From positions 216,920 to 280,919 of the forward strand of contig JAMLIO010000003.1 in the NCBI GenBank assembly GCA_023954155.1: a stretch of 64,000 bases of DNA, given 5' to 3'. This DNA is from Pseudobdellovibrionaceae bacterium. Its GTDB lineage: Bacteria > Bdellovibrionota > Bdellovibrionia > Bdellovibrionales > UBA1609. Shown here piece by piece: positions 9,122 through 16,564 of the stretch (position 1 is the stretch's first letter; every line of letters starts with the position of its first letter). Under the pieces are notes generated by a model, which worked only from the letters and a program-made list of their open reading frames with translations, had not been told where the DNA came from and searched no databases. Made by a program: the position numbers and the translations under genes.

Positions 9122-10676
9122 ATTAGGGCTGCTCTTTTTATTGTGTTGTACGTTTTCTACCTCTCTAGCTCTGGCGCAAAAGTCAGATGCGTCTCTTACC
9201 ATTGCTGGGAAAAATTTTACTGAACAGGACATTTTGGTGGACCTTCTAGCTGTGCTTCTCAAAGAAGAACGCCCCAATATTATCATCCATAAGAAGAAAA
9301 GCCTTGGCGGCACTTCCGTCACCTACGAATCCGTCAAAAATGGAAATGTGGATATGTATGTGGAGTACTCAGGTACGGCCTACTACTCCATCTATAAACA
9401 AACTCTTCAGAAATCTAAAAGACAAATCCACGGATATTTAGAAAAACGTTTTGCCGAAGAAGGATTGTTTTGGAGTCCCGCTCTGGGCTTTAATAACACC
9501 TACGCCCTTTTGATCAAAGACAGTCCCGACCACTCAGAGTTAAAGACCATTTCTGATCTTCGACCGATTGCTCAGAACTTAATGATAGGCACTGATCCTG
9601 AAATCTCTACTCGTCCTGACGGCTACAATGAATTTTTAAATCATTATGACATTCGTTTTAAATCGCACATGATGATGAACACAGGGTTACTTTATCAGTC
9701 ACTCAACAACAATCGAGTGGATGCCATCATTGGATATTCCACCGATGGCCGTATCCCTACGGCAGGCCTTAAGATTCTTCAAGATGATTTAGGTTTTTTT
9801 CCAGATTACTCGGCATCTGTTCTTGTGAATCAAAAGACTTTAGAAAAGCACCCATGGATTCGCAAAGCTCTGCATAAACTTTATGACGAGATTGATGATC
9901 AAACCATGCAAATCTTAAATGCAAAGGTGGACTTCAACAAATTGGACTCTGTAGCTGTAGCTAAAGAATTTGCGGCACAAAAGCATTGGATCAACCCCGA
10001 CGGCGTTGTCGATCCTGAGCAGCAGTCCTTTTGGGAGTTTGTAAAAAGCAAAAAGAATTTTTTATTTAAAAAAATCCAAGAGCATTTATTTCTAACATTT
10101 TTAGCTTTTCTTATTGTCACTTTGCTTGGGGTGACCCTTGGTATTGTCTCTTACTATAATGAAACCGTACAGAAGGTGGCGTTCCTCTTCGTCAACTTAA
10201 GCCAAACCATACCCAGTTTAGCGCTGTTTGGAATGTTGATTCCTATTTTAGGCATTGGGGTTAAACCCAGCTTAGTGGCACTAGTTTTATACTCTCTTTT
10301 ACCTATTGTCAGAAACACCTACACAGGCTTGTGTGAAGTCGAACCTTCCATCCTAGAGACCTGTGAGATTCTTGGCATGAATAAACGTCAAATTCTTTTT
10401 AAGGTTCTACTGCCCATGTCTTTAGTGACCATTTCCGCAGGTTTAAGAACCAGCCTTGTCATCATTGTGGGTACTGCTACCATTGCTTCTTTTATTGGTG
10501 CGGGTGGGTTGGGTGACCCTATCTTTCAAGGCATCACTTCATTAAATAACCGCCTGATCCTCTTAGGGGCCTTACCTGCGGCGTCATTAGCCATTCTCTT
10601 AGACTTTTTACTGCACTATGGCACCCGTTTTTTACTCTCGCCAGGACTGAAACAAGATCGACCAAACATGACTTGA
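9108..10676 (+). CDS. Fused osmoprotectant-type substrate-binding domain + ABC permease
   Basis: Starts MMKIKLGLLFLLCCTFSTSLALA (signal peptide). An OpuAC/OpuBC-like SBP covering about 300 aa is followed by a BPD-type permease with 5-6 TM segments and the EAA-loop region ILGMNKRQILFKVLLP. Start 9108 is chosen within the track ORF 9084. Confidence 0.8.
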   Translation: MMKIKLGLLFLLCCTFSTSLALAQKSDASLTIAGKNFTEQDILVDLLAVLLKEERPNIIIHKKKSLGGTSVTYESVKNGNVDMYVEYSGTAYYSIYKQTLQKSKRQIHGYLEKRFAEEGLFWSPALGFNNTYALLIKDSPDHSELKTISDLRPIAQNLMIGTDPEISTRPDGYNEFLNHYDIRFKSHMMMNTGLLYQSLNNNRVDAIIGYSTDGRIPTAGLKILQDDLGFFPDYSASVLVNQKTLEKHPWIRKALHKLYDEIDDQTMQILNAKVDFNKLDSVAVAKEFAAQKHWINPDGVVDPEQQSFWEFVKSKKNFLFKKIQEHLFLTFLAFLIVTLLGVTLGIVSYYNETVQKVAFLFVNLSQTIPSLALFGMLIPILGIGVKPSLVALVLYSLLPIVRNTYTGLCEVEPSILETCEILGMNKRQILFKVLLPMSLVTISAGLRTSLVIIVGTATIASFIGAGGLGDPIFQGITSLNNRLILLGALPAASLAILLDFLLHYGTRFLLSPGLKQDRPNMT

Positions 10677-10707
10677 ACCCACGACACCAACAAGATAGTT
10701 TTTGCTC

Positions 10708-12207
10708 ATGGGCGAACACATTAAAGACATTCCATTACATTTGCATAAGTACATCGTCGAACAAAACTATGAACGTTACACATGGGAAGACCAAGAAGTG
10801 TGGCGCTTTATCATGCAGCAATTGAAGTCTTATCTTTCTGTGCACGCCCATCCTGCTTACGTCGAAGGGCTAAGTAAAACAGGAATCAGCACCGAAGAAA
10901 TTCCTAAAATTACGGACATGGATAGCAAACTTAAAAAGTTTGGCTGGCGCGCCGTTCCCGTCAGCGGATTCATCCCCCCTGCCGCATTTATGGAGTTTCA
11001 ATCCCTAAGCATCCTACCCATAGCTAGTGATATGAGAACAGTGGAGCACATTCTTTACACTCCCGCTCCTGATATTGTTCACGAAGCTGCGGGACATGCT
11101 CCGATTCTTATCGATCCTGATTTTTCGAGATATTTAAAAAGTTACGCGGAAGTGGCCAGTAAATCACTCTTGAGCTCCGAGGACTTGGCCCTTTATGAGG
11201 CCATTAGAAACTTAAGTGACATCAAAGAGGCACCTGGCAGCACAGACGAAGACATTAAAAAACACAATGATCATTTGAATCATGTCATCCAGTCGATGAG
11301 CTTTGTGTCTGAAGCCCAGCTTTTGGGACGTATGAATTGGTGGACCGCGGAGTATGGTCTTATTGGTCCCCTTGATCAGCCCAAAATATTTGGCGCAGGA
11401 CTTTTATCCTCCATCGGTGAATCTCGTAATGCTTTAACTAAACCCAAAAAACTTCCTCTGACAGTCGGCTGTTTAAACTACAGCTATGATATCACCGAGC
11501 AACAACCGCAACTTTTTGTGACTCCTGATTTTGATAATCTCATCACTGTCCTAGATGAAATGTCAGAAACTCTGGCCTATAAGGTTGGCGGCAAAAAGGC
11601 TTTAGATAAAGCTTTACAAGCCAACACCGTGTGCACTGTGATCTTAGAGGGAGGGCTTAGCTATTCTGGGATTTTAGAAAAGTATCAAGGTGATGATAAA
11701 GGAGCTAGCTATCTGGGCTTTAAGGGCCCCGTACAAATCGCTAACGATGAGGGGTTTATTGAACTGATCGAAACTCCTTACTATGAAGTTACATTTAATG
11801 ATCCTATTCCTGTGCCTTCTGTGCATGGTGGCCCTAGAGACTTTAAAAACTTTCCTATGATAGATGACTTTGTGGCATCACGAGTGCCCACAAAAAAACG
11901 CAGCGACTACGATTTGAAAAAATTTGCCTCTTACAAAGACTTGCGAGACTTACGACAACAAGGAAGTCAAAACCAGTGGAAGGACGAAGCTTTCCATCGT
12001 CTTTATGATGTCTATAACTCCGAACTTTCTAAAGAATGGCTCTTGGGACTTGGACTGCTTGAGGTGTTATTGCGCTATTCACCGTCATCCCAAGACCCTA
12101 TTGTTCGCTTAACCCAAAATCTTAAATCTCAAACTCTGATATCAGAAGATGAAAAGACCTGCATTGAACTTGGATTTGAACTGTTTCGCAAAGAGGCTCT
12201 TTGTTAG
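10708..12207 (+). CDS. Aromatic amino acid (phenylalanine-4-) hydroxylase-like protein with a long C-terminal extension
   Basis: The iron-binding region PDIVHEAAGHAPIL and WWTAEYGLIG match the biopterin-dependent hydroxylase family. About 200 aa of unassigned C-terminal sequence follow. Confidence 0.65.
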   Translation: MGEHIKDIPLHLHKYIVEQNYERYTWEDQEVWRFIMQQLKSYLSVHAHPAYVEGLSKTGISTEEIPKITDMDSKLKKFGWRAVPVSGFIPPAAFMEFQSLSILPIASDMRTVEHILYTPAPDIVHEAAGHAPILIDPDFSRYLKSYAEVASKSLLSSEDLALYEAIRNLSDIKEAPGSTDEDIKKHNDHLNHVIQSMSFVSEAQLLGRMNWWTAEYGLIGPLDQPKIFGAGLLSSIGESRNALTKPKKLPLTVGCLNYSYDITEQQPQLFVTPDFDNLITVLDEMSETLAYKVGGKKALDKALQANTVCTVILEGGLSYSGILEKYQGDDKGASYLGFKGPVQIANDEGFIELIETPYYEVTFNDPIPVPSVHGGPRDFKNFPMIDDFVASRVPTKKRSDYDLKKFASYKDLRDLRQQGSQNQWKDEAFHRLYDVYNSELSKEWLLGLGLLEVLLRYSPSSQDPIVRLTQNLKSQTLISEDEKTCIELGFELFRKEALC

Positions 12208-13010
12208 TGCCCCCCAAAAAGCCCATAGTCCATAGTGTTTTAGTACGCACAAAAAATGCGGCTAACATTGGTTCTGCGGCACGTGCTACAGCCAATCTCT
12301 CCACAGATGGCAAGCTGATCCTGATCGGTGCCCGAACAAGCCTTAACAGTCAGTCCCGTAAGATGGCGGCAGGCGCACAAGACATTTTGGATCAGCACGA
12401 GGCTTATGAAAGTTGGGAAGACTTTTTAAACACTCATGCCTCAGGAATTCGTTTAGGGCTGTCGCGCCGTAGTGGTAAACAGCGCAAGCCGCTCTCGCTT
12501 CCCGACTCTCTACATCGCGCCCTCAGTGTGCCCGAGCATCACTCGGCTCATATCTATTTAGTTTTTGGACCCGAAGAGGATGGCCTAAGCACAGACGATC
12601 TGGATCACTGCCACATGACCTGCTTTTTACCTACTTACGGAAGTTTTAAGTCCCTCAACCTCGCGCAGGCCGTACTGCTGGCCCATTACGTGACCCAGCA
12701 GAACTTAGAGCAGCTCATCTTTAAAAAAGACGGATACTCACTTGGAACACTCCCGCAGTTTGAACAGCTCACCAGCCAAGGTAGCCCCTTATTTCCCGAT
12801 CAAGCCTTTAAAGAGTATCTGAAGATGGTCCTTCCCCACACCCATGATCAAACTTTGAGCAACAGTTATGAGATTCTACGCCGAATGATTCTTCGAGCCA
12901 CACCCACTCACAAAGAGCTTGAACTTTTCTCTTTAACGATAAAAAACTGTCTTGATCTTAAAACCAGAAGCATTGACGATACTACCATAGTTGGGAGTAA
13001 GACAGAGTGA
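12201..13010 (+). CDS. SpoU/TrmH-family RNA 2'-O-methyltransferase (TrmJ-like)
   Basis: Motifs VLVRTKNAANIGSAARA, LVFGPEEDGLS and SLNLAQAVLLAHY are present. The start is ambiguous (TTG 12201 or GTG 12207). Confidence 0.75.
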   Translation: MLVPPKKPIVHSVLVRTKNAANIGSAARATANLSTDGKLILIGARTSLNSQSRKMAAGAQDILDQHEAYESWEDFLNTHASGIRLGLSRRSGKQRKPLSLPDSLHRALSVPEHHSAHIYLVFGPEEDGLSTDDLDHCHMTCFLPTYGSFKSLNLAQAVLLAHYVTQQNLEQLIFKKDGYSLGTLPQFEQLTSQGSPLFPDQAFKEYLKMVLPHTHDQTLSNSYEILRRMILRATPTHKELELFSLTIKNCLDLKTRSIDDTTIVGSKTE

Positions 13011-14797
13011 GCACAAAGGGTCTAGGAATGAAAATGGGGATGAAGCTTTTAGGAGTTTCAGAACTTTTACGTATGTATAAAGACAACGAGCAAGAGATTG
13101 CTGAAAATGGGCCATGGACCACGGGCATTCGTCTGCTTAATCTTTCTATTAACGTTCATCCTGATCAGCTAAACCATATTCCCGCCGAAGGCCCTTTGGT
13201 GATCGTATCCAATCATCCTTTTGGGGGGGCAGATGGAATTGTGTTGTCCTACCTTGTGGAACAACGTCGCAAAGATTTAAAAGTATTTGTCACCAATATG
13301 CTTTCCGAACAGTTGCCAGCAGCCAAACCCTACTTTTTAGATGTGGAACTTTATGGTGACAGTCATCAACATAAAGCTAGAAACCAGCAAGCAGTGAGTG
13401 CGGCCATTGACTATGTCAAAAACGGAGGGGCTTTAGTCATTTTCCCTGCGGGTACTCCTGCACAGGCTCATACCCCTTTTGGTGAAGCCGAAGACTTGCC
13501 CTGGAAAACAGGAGCCGCAAAAATCATTCAAGAAAGTAAGGCCCCCGTGATTCCCGTATTTTTTGAGGGACAAAACAGTGTGTTCTTTCAAAGTGTAGGT
13601 ATCTTTTTTTCCAGATTTAAATCTGCTCGCACACTGTTATTAGCCAAAGAGCTTTTAAACAAAAAGAATAAAGAAATTTCTGTACGCATCGGAAGCAAGA
13701 TTCCTTTTAGTAATATCGAAAATTTTTCTCTGCACGAGACTTTAAAATTTTTGCGTGCTCGAGTTCATTTATTAAAACACGAAACACAACCCCGTGGCCC
13801 TTCACAAAAAGCCATGGCAAAGTTTAAAAGCACCATCCCTTATAAATTGCGCAAAAGCACAAAGGTTCATGACATCATTGAACCCATACCTACTCCCAAA
13901 TTAAATAAGTTTTTAACCCAGTACGTAGAAGAAAATCCTGACGCTTTACTTATTGATTCTAAAAAATACAAAGTCTTCTTGTTAGATGGATCTAAGACCA
14001 GCGAAAGTTTTCTGATGGAGATTGGACGACTGCGCGAAGTCACCTTTCGCGCAGCAGGTGAGGGATCAGGTAAACGTTGTGATCTGGATGAGCATGACAG
14101 CATCTATCATCATCTGATTGTGTGGAACGATCAAAAACAATGGATATCTGGGTCGTATAGAATTGGACTGACCCCTTACGTCTTACCTAAACGTGGCGTG
14201 CGGGGATTTTACTGTCACCCGTTCTTTAACTTACAAGAGAGTTTTTTTAATAAACTGGGGGACGCTGTTGAGCTTGGGCGCTCTTTTGTCCGCAAAGAAG
14301 AGCAAAGCCAATGGATTTTATTCTTCTTATGGAAAGGCATTGCAAAGTTTCTTTTAGATAATCCAAACTACAAATATCTATTTGGCTCTGTAAGCATCAG
14401 TGATGAGTACAGCGAGAGATCAAGGGTTTTAATGGCGCGGTACTTTTATGATAAGACTGTCGATGATGAAGGTCTTAAAGAACTGGCTCACCCTGCCATA
14501 CCTTTTGATTACGAGTCTAGCCTTACTGATGAAGAAATCCGTTTAATCTTAAATAACATCCAAGACGTTTCCGAGTTGTCCAAAATCATTTCTGATATCG
14601 AAGAGGACCACAAACACATCCCTGTTCTGGTTTATAGGTATGCAGAACTGGGCGCTAAGTACTTATGCTTTTCTGTAGACCCTGACTTTGGAAATACCCT
14701 TGACGGATTCATCACCGTCAAAATCAAAGACATCCCTCGCGAACAGATCAAAAAGTACTTGGCTGAAGAGCAGTTAGATCGGTTTTATCAAAGATAG
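13007..14797 (+). CDS. olsF: Bifunctional acyltransferase, OlsF-like (PlsC-type O-acyltransferase N-domain + GNAT-like N-acyltransferase C-domain)
   Basis: 596 aa. The N-domain has VSNHPFGGADG (HX4D acyltransferase motif) and FPAGT. The C-domain (about aa 300-596) resembles OlsB/hemolysin-like N-acyltransferases (REVTFRAAGEGSG...). This architecture matches the ornithine-lipid synthase OlsF. Confidence 0.55.
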   Translation: MSTKGLGMKMGMKLLGVSELLRMYKDNEQEIAENGPWTTGIRLLNLSINVHPDQLNHIPAEGPLVIVSNHPFGGADGIVLSYLVEQRRKDLKVFVTNMLSEQLPAAKPYFLDVELYGDSHQHKARNQQAVSAAIDYVKNGGALVIFPAGTPAQAHTPFGEAEDLPWKTGAAKIIQESKAPVIPVFFEGQNSVFFQSVGIFFSRFKSARTLLLAKELLNKKNKEISVRIGSKIPFSNIENFSLHETLKFLRARVHLLKHETQPRGPSQKAMAKFKSTIPYKLRKSTKVHDIIEPIPTPKLNKFLTQYVEENPDALLIDSKKYKVFLLDGSKTSESFLMEIGRLREVTFRAAGEGSGKRCDLDEHDSIYHHLIVWNDQKQWISGSYRIGLTPYVLPKRGVRGFYCHPFFNLQESFFNKLGDAVELGRSFVRKEEQSQWILFFLWKGIAKFLLDNPNYKYLFGSVSISDEYSERSRVLMARYFYDKTVDDEGLKELAHPAIPFDYESSLTDEEIRLILNNIQDVSELSKIISDIEEDHKHIPVLVYRYAELGAKYLCFSVDPDFGNTLDGFITVKIKDIPREQIKKYLAEEQLDRFYQR

Positions 14798-14847
14798 TTA
14801 AGTCTTTACTTAGATACACATCTAAAGATGGTGATAATCTTTGAAAA

Positions 14848-15450
14848 CTATTTTCTACAGAATTCTAGTAAAAGCTTACAGTCTCCATCATCTGCGGCCC
14901 TAAGGGCTACAATATACGCGCTACGAATCTCTTGATCTGACTTGTAAGAGCCCTCTTTACTTCCCCATGTGAAAGGCTTTTGATTATACTTATTCTGCAA
15001 AACTTCCGTCATAAGACGTGCATGTCGACCATTACCATTTGGAAAAGCATGAATAAAAACTAACTTGTGATGAAACCTGACACAAATTTCATCCATATTA
15101 TAAGTTTTATGCTCAATCCAATAGGTGGTATTTTGAAATAAATTTTGAAGCTGCATTGCAATTTGCGATGAATCTACTCCAATGTTTTTATTAGTTTGTC
15201 TTTGTTGTCCTGCCCACGTCCAAACCTCACCAAACATTCTTTTATGCAAACCCATACAGAAAGAAACATTTAAACAGTCTCGATCTCGTCGGCTCAAAAC
15301 CCATTTTGTGGCTGCAACAATATTTTTCTTCTCAAAAATATTTAACTCAGCTTGGGTATCAATAAAGTCTAACTTTAAACCATCTACTTCATCTGGATCT
15401 AAAGGAGTTGCCCCTTCTGGATCATCAATTTGAAAATTACTCAAAATCAC
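14848..15450 (-). CDS. Fic-domain protein, mobile mystery protein B type
   Basis: 200 aa. The Fic motif HAFPNGNGRHAR is encoded at 15051-15016. Size, and pairing with an upstream HTH gene across a 7-nt gap, match the TIGRFAM mobile mystery protein A/B pair. Confidence 0.8.
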   Translation of the reverse strand: MILSNFQIDDPEGATPLDPDEVDGLKLDFIDTQAELNIFEKKNIVAATKWVLSRRDRDCLNVSFCMGLHKRMFGEVWTWAGQQRQTNKNIGVDSSQIAMQLQNLFQNTTYWIEHKTYNMDEICVRFHHKLVFIHAFPNGNGRHARLMTEVLQNKYNQKPFTWGSKEGSYKSDQEIRSAYIVALRAADDGDCKLLLEFCRK

Positions 15451-15457
15451 TCTTTTT

Positions 15458-15940
15458 CTATTTATTGTTTACCAGTCCCCAAATTCTTGGGTCCATTTTT
15501 TGTTTCAACTCTTGCTTAAGCTTTTCAAGCTCTTTCTGTGAGTTTTTGGTACCTTGCAATTCTAATCGCATAGAGTGCTCAACATTATTTAGTATCTCAC
15601 GAGCTACTTCTTCCGCTTTACGGTCAATGATGTCTTCCAAATTTGCATAACCATCCTTGGGTACAAAAGCGTAAACCAACTTACATTCCATTTTGTCCGC
15701 AACCCGTTCCAGCATTTCTAAAGTCACATTCTTTTTAGGTTCTCGCTTTTCAAGCTGGATGATAGATGACATGCTTACCCCCAGTAACTGAGCAAGCTGT
15801 CTGGAACTCATTCCAAGCGCATTTCTAATGGCTCTCACCCAGCCTGATGGAGGAGCTTTTAATTGTTTAAGCTCCACAGCTTTAAGTCTTTGGTCTAAAA
15901 TGCTTCTATTTAGCTCTAAGTCTTTTTTATTCGTTTTCAT
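15458..15940 (-). CDS. XRE-type HTH protein, mobile mystery protein A type
   Basis: 160 aa. The HTH is GMSSRQLAQLLGVSMSSIIQLEKRE, with a charged coiled C-terminus. It sits directly upstream of the Fic gene. Confidence 0.7.
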   Translation of the reverse strand: MKTNKKDLELNRSILDQRLKAVELKQLKAPPSGWVRAIRNALGMSSRQLAQLLGVSMSSIIQLEKREPKKNVTLEMLERVADKMECKLVYAFVPKDGYANLEDIIDRKAEEVAREILNNVEHSMRLELQGTKNSQKELEKLKQELKQKMDPRIWGLVNNK

Positions 15941-16009
15941 ACTTATATAATAATTTATATATTATCATTAATCAAATATTTGATCATATTTAGATTATTT
16001 ATTATATCT

Positions 16010-16037
16010 GTTATGATCATTTATATATGATCATAAC
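16010..16037. promoter_or_regulatory. Perfect 10-bp inverted repeat (GTTATGATCA-N8-TGATCATAAC), candidate operator
   Basis: Read directly from the sequence. It lies 70-97 bp upstream of the HTH gene start (15940, minus strand). Additional TGATCA motifs occur at about 15980-15990. Confidence 0.5.
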
Positions 16038-16564
16038 ATTGGGGTTTATCCATATTTCTAGAGCTCTAATTAAGTAATAAGAGCTCAAGTTTATGTTAGT
16101 TAAATCCGCCAAATCGAATTAAAGTACAAGACAGACGCTCTCTAGAATCTAGCGTTGACAGGCTTGAAAAACCGCCACAAAACCTACGCTTCCAAAGCAT
16201 CATCGTGAATGCATTCAATAGCATTAAAAAAAATTTTAATAGCGAAAGCATTCTGTGCAAAGTCTGCCTAGTTGTGCCAATGGCCTCTACGCCTTGGTTC
16301 TATTTTTTTAGTTCTTTGTGAGCTAAATATATATTCCATTCCTTTTAATTTCCCTTTTTTTAAATCTTCTTTAACAAAATCATAATCATGCAGTATCGAT
16401 CTTAATTTTAAGACAGCTTTGCTTAATGTCTTTACCTCTGCCTAATATTAACAAAGTCTTTATATCTTCTACAAAAACATAATCATTTTAACTCTACATC
16501 TATCAGAAAATATATTGTATTTTATAATAAGAAATGTATTCACTCCGCAACAAAGAGGTGTTTG

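Noticed and set aside
14821-14829. The 9-mer TCTAAAGAT, shared between the left (14821-14829) and right (22300-22308) borders of the islet, as a possible att duplication
   Set aside because: A single exact 9-mer between two ~200-bp regions is expected by chance at appreciable frequency. No extended similarity surrounds it, and no integrase is present.
15941-16564. A retron msr-msd or other system ncRNA upstream of the OLD-like gene (some retrons use OLD-family effectors)
   Set aside because: No reverse transcriptase gene is present anywhere in the window, and I could not identify the flanking a1/a2 inverted repeats. The idea is kept only as a generic sRNA possibility in the findings.
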